Positions 37,447-51,737 of a stretch of 64,000 nucleotides of DNA are shown one piece after another (the stretch's first letter is position 1; each line of letters opens with the position of its first letter). The position numbers were made by a program, and so were the translations under genes. The stretch lies in contig OX597822.1 of assembly GCA_951406725.2 (NCBI GenBank), forward strand, positions 94,488,001 through 94,552,000, in the 5' to 3' direction. The DNA comes from Octopus vulgaris. Its lineage: Eukaryota. The notes under the pieces are model-generated. The model was not told the DNA's origin. It made no database searches and saw only the letters and a list, made by a program, of their open reading frames with translations.

Positions 37447-38788
37447 GTTCCACCACTACAGAGAAAAATTATCATTCCTTACCATCTGAGAAGTATCCCT
37501 CCATTATCAGTAAAGTAAAAGATGCCTTTGTATGTCCCATCACCCTACCAGCTCTCTTGATTCTCAGTTTACTACCAGCCTTTTTGATCTGTTCATGAAT
37601 GATAACTGTTAATTTTAGGGAGTCATCTTACACACCCCACTATTCTTCAAACAAGTTTGTTATGCAAGCAGATGAAATTACCACATTTGTTGTGTTCTTT
37701 GCTTCGAGTTCTGCTCTGCATCTCACATACAATAAAACATTTATAACATGCAGCATTTCAGGCCAATTCATCCTACTGTGCTGCACATACCATCAATAGG
37801 TGTGAAAATATTTCTGGTCACTTCTACCCAACAACAAAAACACCATTTGTAACTGACCCCTTCTATTATTCTTAAAAAGCAATTTTCTTAAGTAGTCCTT
37901 ATACACAGTAAGCTTTCCATCAGTCCTCTATCTCCCTCTCTCTCTCTCTCTCTCTCCAAGTATCTACATCAGCTAAGTTTCTCCTTCATATTTCTCACTA
38001 TGCATATCTCTACCTCAATCTATAGAATCATTCAACAATGTATTCTATTCACAATCATAAAAATGCACTTCCTTCCTCACCATAAGTTTTTTTTGCTTCC
38101 TTAAATCTACAAATGTATGTATCATTTGTCACACACCTTTGTCTTTCACTAACCTATGGCAAAAGCAATTTTCCTAGACTTGAAATCAGCAAAACCTTCG
38201 ACCATGTTTTGTACAAAAAAAAATCTCCTTGCTAATTTAGTTGCTCCCAGGGGAAATCCTAAGCAGGTCCCATTGGACCATGAGCTTATGAAATGGTAAT
38301 CAGTTTTATAATGTTATCGATACTTTCGGCTGTCAAACTTTTTAATCTGTAGTAGCCTGGTGAATTGGCGTATTAGATGCCAAGCATATTGGCCACAGAC
38401 ACTGCATAGAAGATATGAACTTCTAAGTCCTTGATTGATTATCCATTACTTTATGTTACCAGCCAACATATTTGTAATGCACCTCTCTTTCATAATCATC
38501 ATCATCATCAATGTCATCCTTAAACGTCCGTTTTTCATGCTGGCATGGGTTGGACTGTTTGACCAGAACTGGCAAGCAGGAGAGCTGCACCATGTGCTTT
38601 CCAGTCTGATTTGGTGCCTTTGGCTGGATGCCCTTCCTAATGCCTAACCACTTTACAGTCTGTGCTGGGCGATTTAAGGTGATACCAGCATGAGCACTTT
38701 TATATGACACTGGTATGAGCGCCTTTTGTGTGGCTGCAGTACAGGGCTCGTGCAGGTCAGTCCACTTCGTCAAGGGGAGTGGTATTAA

Positions 38789-39009
38789 CCCTTTTGTTAC
38801 TGTATTTATTTTGAGATGCTCTGTATTTCTTTCGATTACTTTAAATATAACAAAGAATTTAGTAAAATAATTTTGTTATCTATTCAGTTAGTGTTAGGAA
38901 CATAAATTGTGATTAAGGTTTGGCGGAAGATTTTAATTCAGAACTTATGATAACAAGACATTTGTATTCAGAGCCAGAGCCGGTTTCAGCCTGGTTGGTA
39001 ACGAAAGGG
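38789..39009. mobile_element. piggyBac-type MITE
   Basis: TTAA on both sides (38785-88, 39010-13); TIRs cccttttgttac / gtaacgaaaggg. Inserted in an RTE remnant. Partial relative at ~17216-17330. Confidence 0.85.
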
Positions 39010-39612
39010 TTAACACATCAACTGTGGAGGACGGGTCTTCTTGAGTACAGCAAGGTGTCAGATATCACATTCCTTTTTCATCTTTGTATGCTTGAAATAT
39101 ATTTTCTAAAAGCCATCAAGTCTGTTCTTGAACTAAGTCATTGTTTTTGTCTCAACACTGCTTGATGACCATTGATAACCTCATGCTCTGGTCACTCTAA
39201 GTTCTCTACAAAAAAATATAGAAAGACCATATTAGAAGATGGGTGATATTTACTGATGATATAGATACTGAGGAACCACTGAGCAAGATCTTTGGTCAGT
39301 TTGGTGCATGGCTCAGTGGTTAGAGCATCAGGCTCATAATCATGAGGTAGTGAGTTCAATTCCTGGACCGAGCTGTGTGTTGTCTTCTTGAGCAAGACAC
39401 TTTATTTTATGTTGCTTCACTCAGCTGTAGAAATGAGTTGTGATGTCTCTAGTGCCAATCTGTGTCAGCCTTTACCTTTCATTTGGATAACATCGGTGAT
39501 GTGGAGAGGAGAGGCTGGTATGCATGGGCGACTGCTAGTCTTCCATGGACAATCTTGCCCGGACTTGTATCGAGGAGGGTAACTTTCTAGGCGCAATCCT
39601 ATGATCATTATT

Positions 39613-39684
<72 letters not shown>

Positions 39685-39820
39685 TTGTGTGCGTCCCCTT
39701 GTCTTGATATTGCATGCTAATTGTAAACAAGCTTCACTGTTATACAAGCATTGCTGTTTGTTTGTAATCTGTGAAAACATGTCTGGACTATGGAAAAATA
39801 TTACCTTGCTTGGAACATTT

Positions 39821-39863
<43 letters not shown>

Positions 39864-39989
39864 AACCCACACACATGCACATACACACACACAGGCACAC
39901 ACAGGCACATACATGCACACATACACACACACAATCTCTGTGCTGAAAGCAACTTTTAAGTAGGTATAACTTTTTTATTAATGACTTAG

Positions 39990-41750
39990 GTCATTGAAAT
40001 TGCACATGTTTGTAGAGTAACTCTTCCTCCATACAAAGTTATTACTCAATATAACTTCCAAATTATTCATTCGTGCCATCATTGAACCCAACTCTCAAAA
40101 CCTCTTTGTAAAATTTCAGATGTGCACTGTTGTACCCACCTTTTCAAAGCCACTTTTTACTTCATCTGTGTCATCAAATCATTGTTACCAAAGACTGTTC
40201 TTTACATCAGATAGATGTCAGATAACACCAGATACTAGTTGAATGGAGAATGGGGGACTACTGACCATCCCAGTTTGCCAAATGCCTGAATTTTTGCCAA
40301 AAACGAATGTGGTCACACATTGGTTTCAAATTTTGGCACAAGGCCAGCAATTTCAAAGGAGGGGGTTCATCTGTTACATTGACCCTAGTATTCAACTGGT
40401 ACTTATCTTATCGACTCCGAAGGGATAAAAAGCAAAGTCGACCTCAGTGGAATTTGAGCTCAGTGTGTGAAGATGAATGAAATGTCACTAAACATTTTGC
40501 CCAATATGCTAATGACTTTGCCAGCTTGCTGCCCTACATGTGGTCACACATTGCCACGTTTTCACATTCTTCTTTGATCTCTATTCTCTAATGGCTTCTC
40601 TTTTTGTACTGCTCACTGTTCACAATGCAGCGACATTCCAGAAAATCAAAGAGTTGATGCCTTTGTCTTCCGCCAGAACAGTCACTATGACTTTCTGTAC
40701 TGATCACTGGTTCTTGAACTTCTTACACCTTGGAGAAGTGGTGGAGCATCACTCAGAAGACTGAGTCTTCATTCCTGGATCATAAAGACATGGCCACGTG
40801 TCATTCCTCGTCACCTTCATTGTCAAATACTTCTAGAAGATCAGAGCAGACTTCCACTGTTCTTTCCTTCAAATTGGGTGTCAATAGATGAAGCACCTAC
40901 ATCTATTTCTTTACTACCCACAAGGGGCTAAACACAGAGAGGACAAACAAGGACAGACAAACGGATTAAGTCGATTATATTGACCCCAGTGCATAACTGG
41001 TACTTAATTCATCGACCCCGTAAGGATGAAAGGCAAAGTCGACCTCAGCGGAATTTGAACTCGGAATGTAATGGCAGGCGAAATACCTATTTCTTTACTA
41101 CCCACAAGGAGCTAAACATAGAGGGTACAAACAAGGACAGACAAACGGATTAAGTCGATTATATTGACCCCAGTGCGTAACTGGTACTTAATTCATCACC
41201 CCCGAAAGGATGAAAGGCAAAGTCGACCTCGGCGGAATTTGAACTCAGAACATAACGGCAGATGAAATACGGCTACGCATTTCGCCCGGCATGCTAACGT
41301 TTCTGCCAGCTTGCCGTGAGGTACCTACATCACACACTTTCTGATTTAAAATCTTCCACTTCTGTATTACATTATGACCATAGTCCAGTCGTACAACAAG
41401 GTCATGGATCATAACTGATCTGTCCCTGTCAACCAGTTTATCCATTCAGTGGCGATTCATGTCAGCAGTTGCAGTCGATGGTTTCCCACTGTACGATTTG
41501 TCCTCTGTGCTCTTTTGCCTTTCTTTAAACGTCTCCATCTATCCATGCAGATTGCTTTTGTCAATGATGTCGTCTCTGTAAACAACTGGCAGACTTTGAT
41601 CGATGTCAGACTGCCTGCATCTCTCCTCCATCAAGAAATCAGTTATGGCTCATTGCTTCTCTTTGGAACCCATTATTTGCTTGTAACGACGAAGAAGAAC
41701 AAAAAAGTAGAATTACCATAGAAAATTTGAATGACCTATATAAAGTTAAT
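39990..41750 (-). pseudogene. Mariner transposase remnant interrupted by two SINE insertions
   Basis: Minus-strand fragments DKLVDRDRSVMIHDL, VLHLLTPNLK (cf. WVPHLL), TW..LYDP..K.QS, SPR.KKFK...S..KV..TV and PHSP...L..SD.YL (cf. HPPYSPDLAPSD). Boundaries approximate. Confidence 0.75.
40904..41315 (-). mobile_element. SINE family C partial dimer inside the mariner remnant
   Basis: Same junction (aaagaaata-ggtatttcg) as 21272-21686. acctacatc is duplicated at 40895-40903 / 41323-41331. Confidence 0.88.
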
Positions 41751-41818
41751 AAAAAGTTATGTCTATGCATTGCTCACAGTTCAATGCTTATACATACATA
41801 CATATATCTGTATGTATG

Positions 41819-41850
<32 letters not shown>

Positions 41851-41960
41851 TGTATGTATATATGTAAATGTGTATGAATGTATGTATGTATGTATGTATG
41901 TATGTATGTATGTATGTATGTATGTATGTATGTATGTATGTATGTATGTATGTATGTATG

Positions 41961-41993
<33 letters not shown>

Positions 41994-42056
41994 GTGTATG
42001 AATGTATGTATGTGAATGTATATATGTAAATGTGTATGAATGTATGTATGTGAATG

Positions 42057-42087
<31 letters not shown>

Positions 42088-42659
42088 GTACGTAAGTATG
42101 TATGTATATATGTAAATGTGTATGAATGTATGTATGTGAATGTATGTATGTATGTATGTATGTATGTAAGTATGTATGTGTGTATTTAGATGTTTATGTA
42201 TGTGTATGAGAGGCGGTATAGTCCGAGTGACATGAATCAATTTGCAGCATAGATTTATATAGAACACAGCAGAGATCAATAAATCAATGAGTCAAATCAG
42301 AAACTCCTTGGCAATAGAGATGAGAACCAGCCTGTCTACCAAATAACTTAGTGACTGGAAGACAATGTTTTTGTTGTGGTACACAGCTGTGAGTATGGGC
42401 TGTAGCGGTGATGGTGTTAGCTGTAGTAGCCACAGCGGACGAAGTGATGATGGTAAATGAAGTAAGGGCATAGATATGGTTACAGAGTTGTGTGTATAGG
42501 TTGTAGCAGAATGGTGGTGGTGGTGCTGGTGGTGCTGATGGTAGTGCTGGTGGTAGTGGTGCTGGTGGTGGTGGTGGTGGTAGTGGTGGTGGTTGTAGTG
42601 GTGGATGTGTCGATGGTAGCTGTTGTATTGGTAGTGAATGTTGTGACGGTATAGATATG

Positions 42660-42957
42660 ATGATATAGAGCTGTGTGTATAGGTTATAGTGTTATGGTGA
42701 TACAGAGCTGTATAGGTTATAGCATTATAGTGATACTGAGCTGTGTGTATAGGTTATAGTTGTTATAGTGATACAGAGCTATGTGTATAGGTTATAGTGT
42801 TCTGGTAATACAGAGCTGTGTGTATAGGTTGTAGTGTTCTGGTGATACAGAGCTATGTGTATAGGTTAAAGTGTTCTGGTAATACAGAGCTGTGTGTATA
42901 GGTTGTAGTGTTCTGGTGATGCAGAGCTGTGTGTATAGGTTATAGTGTTATGGTAAT
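42660..42957. repeat. 37-bp minisatellite, ~8 copies
   Basis: Unit ggtaatacagagctgtgtgtataggttgtagtgttct (starts at 42841 and 42878). Confidence 0.9.
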
Positions 42958-43637
42958 AACGGGTGTAATGGTGGGGCTCATTGTGGCCATTACTGTAGTG
43001 GACAAAATGCTCAGCTGCAGTTCTTCTACTTCTTTATGTTCTGAGTTCAAATGCTGTCAAGGTCAACTTTGCTTTTCCTCTTTTAGAAATCGGCAGAATA
43101 AAATACCAGTTGTACACTGGGGTTGAGGTAACTGACTAACCCCATCTCCCATCAAAATTGCAAATTTTGTGCCAAAATTAGAAAAAAAAATTCATGCTAT
43201 TAATGGCGTGCTAGTAGAAGCAGCGATATTACAGTTTAGACATAGTAGTAGTGGTGGGTGATAAAAGTAGAGGCGCCAGTAATTTTGGTAGTTATTTTAG
43301 AGACAGTAGTAGTGGTGGTGGTGGTTTTGATAGTGGTGCAGTGGTGGAAGCAGTGTAATGGTGGAAGCGGTGTAGTGGTGGAAGTGGTATAGTGGTTATG
43401 CTACTTTATCTGTTTCAGTTATTAGACTGTGGCCATGCTGGGGCACAGCCTTGAAGAACTTTTTATTCGAATGAATCAACCTCAGTACTTAATTTTTTTT
43501 AATAACTGGTACTTATTCTATTGGTTTCCTTTTGACAAACCGCTAAGTTATGGGAACGTAAACACACCAACATTGGTTGTCAAGTGGCGGTGGTGGGGGT
43601 GGGACAAACACAGACACAAAGACACACACATACACAT

Positions 43638-43682
<45 letters not shown>

Positions 43683-44069
43683 ATGGGCTTCTTTCAGTTT
43701 CCATTTACTATATCCACTAACTAGGCTTTGGTCAACCCAAGGATATAGTAGAAGACACTTGCCCAAGTTGTCATGCAGTGGGACTGAACCTGGAACCATG
43801 TGGTTGAGAAGCAAGTCTAAGGTTAGGGGTTTGTCATGGCTGTAGTGTATGTGAACAGTTGTTGCAGTAGCAAACATAGATGTGGTGACTGTAGGGATTT
43901 GGAAAAATTAATTCCTTGGGCCTGTAGTTATGGTGGTATTGGTATTGTTGGTGTAGGTAGTGTTAGTGATATAATAATAATTGTCACAAGAGTTGTAGTG
44001 ATAATGAAAGAATATTAAGTCCATTACTCATTCCTTCATCTCCACCTTGCTCTCTCTCTCTCTCTCTCT

Positions 44070-44132
<63 letters not shown>

Positions 44133-44336
44133 GAAATGAGGTACTCAGAAAATCGGATGGTTTATATTTACAGATATTTATTTGTATATTACATTTTTTA
44201 TACATCATATAACTTAGATCATGTATTAGCGCTTTCTCCCATTCTAGTGGGGTTTTCAAATCAAACTAATTTCCTGTGTGAAAAGTTTTGACCATCTTAT
44301 AGTGCTATTGAGTTTGTAGTATATATATATGTGTGT

Positions 44337-44644
44337 GTGGAGACGCAATGGCCCAGTGGTTAGGGCAGCGGACTTGCGGTTGTAGGATCACAGTTTTGAT
44401 TCCCAGACCGGGCCTTGTGAGTGTTTATTGAGCAAAAACACCTAAAGCTCCACAAGGCTCCAGCAGGGGGTGGTGGTAATCCCTGCCGTACTCTTTCGCC
44501 ACAACTTTCTCTCACTCTTTCTTCTGTTGGCCTGCTGGCTTAGCCAGCAGGGTGGCGTAATTTGAAGGCTAAAACAATGCGAAGCGCATTGTGACCAGCT
44601 ATGTATAGCAACATCTGATAGCCTGGTCGGTCACGGTGATCAGG

Positions 44645-44649
<5 letters not shown>
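44337..44649 (+). mobile_element. SINE family B, tail type 3 (ends tcacggtgat then (AT)n)
   Basis: Copies at 28339-28639 (-) and 54261-54573 (+). All three end in (AT)n. Confidence 0.88.
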
Positions 44650-44690
<41 letters not shown>

Positions 44691-44941
44691 GGCATGTATC
44701 TAAAAAAAAAACTTTTTCTTTGGAAAGAAGTCTTTTTTGAGGGGATATGTTATCCAAACGGGCACCAGTTTTGCGCTATTATTGGTTGATGAGTCTGGAT
44801 ATCATTTATATGTTTATGTGATAGTGTTTGTGGTTAGCTTGACCATTTTTAGTACTTCTCACTTCTGAAAGTCCAGTTGTCCCTGTGGAGACTTCATTCG
44901 TTTCTATATAGGAGAAATAATTAATAGTTTAAAGAAAACCT

Positions 44942-45324
44942 GAGAATATACATAAATTAATCACGTTTTTTAATCATAGTGCAGACAAATTAATAAGTTC
45001 TTCATTTTTACCTACGTTACATTTTGGCTATTTGTTAGTATCCATACTTGCACTTTAAAGTGCATTATGATATTATAAACAACGGCCTCTTCTGAGCATA
45101 TTTGGCTGCTATTTATTCAGTTGCAATAATTCTCCATTTGAGAGAAATGGCCAAAATACCAGTTAAGTATTCCCAGAAGAGGCCGTTGTTTATAACATCA
45201 TAATACACTTTAAAGTGTGAGTATGAATACTAACAAATGGCTGAAATGTAATGTAGGTAAAAATGAAGAACTTATTAATTTGTCTGCACTATGATTAAAA
45301 ATGTGATTATTCTATGTATATTCT
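44942..45324. repeat. Fold-back element with ~150-bp imperfect inverted arms inside the Penelope remnant
   Basis: Arms ~44942-45094 / 45174-45324 (e.g. aatcatagtgcagacaaattaataagttc / gaacttattaatttgtctgcactatgatt). Confidence 0.75.
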
Positions 45325-47487
45325 CTGTTTTAATTTCAAAAATGCATGTGGGTGTTTGGGATGGAAATTGTATAGGTGTATGTCTTTTCAGTTGTAGCAT
45401 ATGACATCAATGGTGATAAACCAGGCAAGAGTAACTCACATTAATATTATGCACATTATAAAGTTTATTATATTTATGAGTGCGAGGGAAGTGTTCCTAG
45501 TTATGTTTGTGAAAACATCTAGATTGCATGTAGGATTCAACCTTATTATTTTTTCTCTTCCCAACTTTTTTCAGGGGTGGTGGGGATCCTGTATATGTAA
45601 CGATTTTTTTGCTAAAACCACTTACTAATGTTTCATTATAATGGGCTGCATCCCTATCAAATATATCCCAATATGATGACAGAACTTCTATTAAATTCCT
45701 AATTGTATCTAATAGGGTTAGAACTTTCTTGAATATATACAATCTCCTCATTTCACATTTTTTAGTGATAGTATTAACTTATTTAATTGTATCCCTACAG
45801 AGAAAAGTCTAAAGTAATATCTAAGAAGTTGGTTATGCTTAGATTTGTAGTGATTTTATTTTTTTATTTTTTTTATTTTATCTAGTTTCAGCTCATGAGC
45901 TGCGGCCATGCTGGGGCACCTATATTTTTTGGGTTTTTTTCTCTAGTTTCAGCTCGGGGCTGTGGCCATGCTGATGCACCACCGTTATTGTTGTTTGTTC
46001 CTTCTCGAGCCATGCCTAGCTTATAGGGCCGGTTTCCTTGGCGTATAGGTTCCCAACCTGGATGGGATGCCGGTCCGTCACAGGTGAGCTACAAGAGGAA
46101 AGAGCGAGAGAAAGTTGTGGCGAAAAAGTCAGCAGAAGTTCGCCATTACCTTCTGCCGGAGCTGCATGGAGCTTAGGTGTTTCGCTCATAAGCACACACA
46201 TGGCCTGGTCTGAGATTTGAACTCACGATCCTTCGACCGCGAGTCCGCTGTTCTCACCACTAGGCCATGTGCCTCCACATGGCCTAGTGATTTACACAAA
46301 ACTCTTTGAAGATTTCTAATTTCCTTTAAATTTCTCTTAGATATATTCACAGTGTGGCAGTTCATGATGTTTGAAACTGCAAGACCCTCATTGTATATAA
46401 GACTGAGCCATGAGAGATTGTACACTTCTTAAGCATATCGAGGATAAATAATCCAGTGAGGTCTGTGACCTCATCCTAATCATAACTTTCCATGGAGACA
46501 TCACATTACTCTTTAATGTAGTAGAAGTTATCATAGAACATGATAGACTTTTTGAGCTGTCTTCCTATTGTTAACAGCAGGACTAATTGCAAGTCGTTAG
46601 CTTTTAATATCTTCCGTAAATATTTACTGATATCTTCATAAACCTTGATTTCATAATTCTCTTTTAAGTTTACCAATATAGGAATATCTAACCTGTGTAT
46701 TCTCTAATTAATATTGTCACCATTATTCTAACCCTACCATGATCAAGAATGGAATTAGAAGTAGTAACCAAAAATGGAGAAGAGGAGAGAATACGAGCAT
46801 GAATGTAATGAGTGAAACAGTGATGGAATTGTAGGGGAGTAAGTAATGAGAAAGAGATAATAACAGCTACATATTGGTTGTTGGTAAAGATATTGAATAG
46901 AAAACAAGAGAGTCAGCATAATTAGATATCAATAAAGACAAGTCATGATAGGAGAGAAAGCAAATGATGGGCAGCAGTAGATATGGGTGATGGCAAGTAA
47001 GAATGGTGAATTTCAATGAAGTCACATTAGGGAGAGAGATGGCTGACATTAAGGGGTATTAATAATGGAACATATTTGATCCATTACATGCCACACAAGC
47101 ATTATGATGAAATGAGGTAGAGTGATAAAGGAGATGATGGTGGAAGAGAGATAGTAATAATGGTTGAATACGGATATGTCAAATACCACCCCTCATTATA
47201 CAGAGTGGTGTGATAGAGTGAAAAGAATAAAGGGTGGGTGAAAGATAAGAGTATATTGAAGAGAAGAGAAGATAAAAGCTTAACTGGAATATGGTGAATG
47301 AGAGACCCAATGTAGATGTATGAAACATGGTTAAGTATCTTTATGCCTCTCAGAGCCTCTTACTCCAACCATTTCTCTGAAGTAATGAAATAGCAGTAAC
47401 TCAGATCTCTTACCAAACAGCTCTTTGGAGGAATAAAATAGAAATTGTAAGCGAGAGAGGAAGAAGGAGAGGGTGAGAGCGATAGAA

Positions 47488-47519
<32 letters not shown>

Positions 47520-47835
47520 AGAGAGAGAGAGTTGTTTTCTAACAGATGAGAGTGTAATCCTGTCTAGCTACTCTGTATCAATGCCTAACAATGTTTTCAC
47601 CTGTTTAAGGTGACTACAAAGGATATTGGCTGGTCTCAGTCTTCTTCAGCAAGGTAGCTTATATATATATATATATATATATAAAGTCATTTGACCTTCT
47701 GGAAATAGCAACTAAATATCCCTCAAATAAAACCAACCAAAAAAGATGGGATACTCGCAAACTGGAAATGCTTTCCACCATAAATCTGCTGAATCAGATC
47801 TGATCTGGGACTAAATAACAACAACAACAACAACA

Positions 47836-47884
<49 letters not shown>

Positions 47885-48172
47885 TGTTTATTTCAAGCAG
47901 ATGCGGGAAGGCCTCTACGTGGTTATTTTGATCTGCGAGAAATAGCAGTTTCTTTCAAATCCCACCCTAGCATCTTAAATTAGCAAGGGACACAGAGGAC
48001 AATGTAGTTTATACATAGGTATATATACATCCGTATTAACGCACGTACGTAGGTGTGTGCGTAAATGTATATACATGCTTACGTATGTACGTATGCAGAC
48101 GACGCATGTGTCCGTATGTATAGATAAATAAATACATACACACACATCCATATATGCGTGTGTACATACATA

Positions 48173-48244
<72 letters not shown>

Positions 48245-48245
48245 G

Positions 48246-48453
48246 GTACTACTTAAAAAGAGTGGTCCCGGTGCGCGCACTTGCGTACTCGCGCATCCGC
48301 GCTAGCTAGTCGTGACTAGTCGATCCTACAACGATTACCTAGCAAAGTAAATAAAACACAAAAACACAAAGTAAGGATCGACTAGTCACGACTAGCTAGC
48401 GCGGATGCGCGAGTACGCGAGTGCGAGCACTGAGAGCACTCTTCTTAAGTAGT

Positions 48454-48455
<2 letters not shown>
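48246..48455. mobile_element. MITE-like element with ~82-bp CpG-rich terminal inverted repeats in (TA)n
   Basis: Arms 48246-48327 / 48374-48455 (gtactacttaa...gatcct / aggatc...ttaagtagtac) around an A-rich spacer. Confidence 0.8.
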
Positions 48456-48549
<94 letters not shown>

Positions 48550-49142
48550 CATACATACATACATACACACACATACATATACATACATATACATACATAT
48601 ATATATACATACACACGCGCGTGCGTACATACATGTGCGTAGAATAAAATATGATAGTGTATATTACATAAATAAAGAGGAAACGAACCATAGGGAAGTG
48701 TTACCTGTTGTATATAGATTGTATTAGGATTGTTTTATTTCTACTTAGACATTGCAAAAATTCTAATAAGTCAAAAAAGCACATTATAGTTTTACCTTGG
48801 AATGGCTACGAAGTTATCTCCCTTACTCCGCGTTGAGGCTTTGCGATTTCGCTTTGCATGTTTGACTCTCAGGAAACAGGGCAAGCCCCCTATTCTTTCC
48901 TTGATAGTCTTATGGAATTTTCTATTCACAGCCCTCTCGACTAATAAGCTAATAAGCTCCTGCCTATTCTAAAGGTCATTTATCCATCAGTCTCTATTTC
49001 ACACCCATTAGTCTCTCTCTCTCTTTCTCTCTGCCAGTCTGCCTGCCTTCTGCCTGTCTGCCTGTCTCTCTCTCTCTCTCTCTCTGCCAGTCTGCCTGTC
49101 TGTCTGTCTGTCTGCCTGTCTATCTGTCTGTATGTCTGTCTA

Positions 49143-49210
<68 letters not shown>

Positions 49211-49285
49211 AGTCTGCCTGACTTCTGCCTGTCTGTCTGTCTGCCTGTCAATCTGTCTGTATGTCTGTCTGTCTGTCTGTCTGTC

Positions 49286-49343
<58 letters not shown>

Positions 49344-49433
49344 AGTCTGCCTGCCTTCTGCCCGTCTGCCTTTCTCTCTCTCTTTCTGTATCGGTCGGTC
49401 TGTCTCTGTCTATCTTTCTCTGTCTCCCTGTGT

Positions 49434-49482
<49 letters not shown>

Positions 49483-50267
49483 ATCATGTATCAGGCTCCT
49501 ATGGGCATCATTAATCATAGATCTTCATGTCAAAGTCTAAAGATTCATGATTTTTCTAGACACAGCCGTGGCTGTATGGTTAAAGAGGCTTGTTCCTCAC
49601 CCATGTAGTCTTCAGTTTAATACCACTGCAAAACATCATCATCATCATCATCATCGTTTAACGTCCGTTTTCCGCGCTAGCACGGGTTGGACGGTTCGAC
49701 CGGGGTCTGGGAAGCCAGGGGCTGCTCCAGGCTCCAGTCTGATCTGGCAGAGTTTCTACGGCTGGATGCCCTTCCTAACGCCAACCACTCCGCGAGGTTT
49801 ATCATTGACTGCTAAGTCTGCTGGTCACTTGCTCTCCTGCTCTTGCTCTCCTGCTCTTGCCCTTGTGGCACAAGTTCTACAACCTTTAGATATAGGAACT
49901 AATACTCATGGCATCAGGTCATGTCCATAGTTTTGTGGGCCAGTGTGGACTTGCGCGGGCCAATGTGTCACATGATTAGAGACCATACTTTCAGCCTTAT
50001 GTCCCCCTAACCACAAGAATATCTTGTGCTATTTGACCCTTTTCGAGGCCCTTGAGAAGTGCTGCCACCCGAAACCAGAATGGACCTCAATGTAGACACG
50101 ACTAAGCAAACCAATAACTCCATCATCATCATCATCATCATCACCATCATCATCATCACCATCACCATCATCATCACCATCACCATCATCATCACCACCA
50201 TCATCATCATCATCATCATCATCATCACCATCACCATCATCATCACCATCACCATCATCATCACCAC

Positions 50268-50373
<106 letters not shown>

Positions 50374-50569
50374 TTTATTTAACATCCGTTTTCCATGCTG
50401 GCCTTGGTTAGACAGTTTGGTTAGAGATGGTAATCCAGAGAGCTGTCCCAGACTCCAGTCATCTGTATTGGCTTGGTTTTTTTTTATGGCTGAATGCCCT
50501 TCCTACTAACGCACCCACAAATTTCTTGAACTTCCTAGCTGGGGCCTCACCAGTGGACACAGTCTAGTG

Positions 50570-51176
50570 TAGTGCTTTTCAAACTTTTGCTGGAGCGGAA
50601 CCCCAAGGAAGCATTCCACTGGCTCGAGGAACCCCTGTGCAATAATTTAATAGTCTTATGCACACATATAAGCGTAGGAGTGGCTGTGTGGTAAGTAGCT
50701 TGCTTACCAACCACATGGTTCCGGGTTCAGTCCCACTGCATGGCATCTTGGGCAAGTGTCTTCTGCTATAGCCCTGGGCCGACCAATGCCTTGTGAGTGG
50801 ATTTGATAGACGGAAACTGAAAGAAGCCTGTCATATATATGTATATATATATATAAGCGTGTGTGTATATGTTTGTGTGTCTGTGTTTGTCCCCCTAGCA
50901 TTGCTTTACAACCGATGCTGGCGTGTTTACGTCCCCGTCACTTAGCGGTTCGGCAAAAGAGACCGATAGAATAAGTACTGGGCTTACAAAGAATAAGTCC
51001 CGGAGTCGATTTGCTCGACTAAAGGCGGTGCTCCAGCATGGCCGCAGTCAAATGACTGAAACAAGTAAAAGAGTAAAGAGTATATCGGCACAGGAGATTT
51101 TAAAATTACTGCCGATTTTAGCAGTTTTAGCAGAACCCCTGGACTGTACTGGCGGAATCCCGGTTGAAAACCACTG
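50570..51176. mobile_element. hAT (Charlie-like) MITE with nested SINE
   Basis: 8-bp TSD gtctagtg (50562-69, 51177-84); TIRs tagtgcttttcaa / ttgaaaaccactg; internal gaacccct repeats. Confidence 0.88.
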
Positions 51177-51705
51177 GTCTAGTGTCTTGATTGATTGATT
51201 GATTGATTCTAGTTTCAGCTTATGAGCTGTTCAGGACACCCATTGCTTTTGGATAGAGCAGCCACTTCAGTATTCTATTCAGCTTCATTTCTAATATTTT
51301 CCTTCTGCAAAGAAGCACAAGCAGAAACAATTAGCAAATATGTTAGATTATATGTCTAAATATGGATCGAATATACTATTTGACACCCATATTGAATTCT
51401 TTATTTGAACGGTAGACACTCCGCACTAGACTTTTGCTTAGATGCAGACACACATACACATACATGCACATTTATATATGCATGAATGTGTATGTGTGTG
51501 TGTTTCTTTTATTCTTTTATTTGTTTCAGTTGTTTGACTGTGGCCATGCTGGAGCACCGCCTTTAATCGAGCAAATCGACCCCCCAGGACTTATTCTTTG
51601 TAAGCCTGGTACTTATTCCATCGGCCTCTCTTGCCGAACCGCTAAGTGACGGGAACGTAAACATACCACCATCGGCTGTCAAGCAATGTTGGGGGACAAA
51701 CAAAG

Positions 51706-51737
<32 letters not shown>

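Larger units (their letters stand above)
44128..46720 (-). pseudogene. Decayed Penelope-like retroelement (RT and linker remnants, probable pLTR at low-coordinate end), interrupted by later insertions
   Basis: Minus-strand fragments: DVSMESYD*DEVTDLTGLFIL (~46450-46510; cf. FDVTMGSYDGAEVCELVG), YNEGLAV (cf. YRDDGLA), ITNFLDITLD (~45810), LSSYWDIFDRDAAHYNETL, KRKII.LNP, HFP..HKYNKLYN..NINVSYSC (~45420-45500). Eroded HHR at ~44222-44265. Confidence 0.75.

Noticed and set aside
47584-47655. Minus-strand CUGAAGA...GAAAACAUUGUU next to (TA)n
   Set aside because: Stem I register is inconsistent and stem II is split; too degenerate to call a hammerhead by eye.
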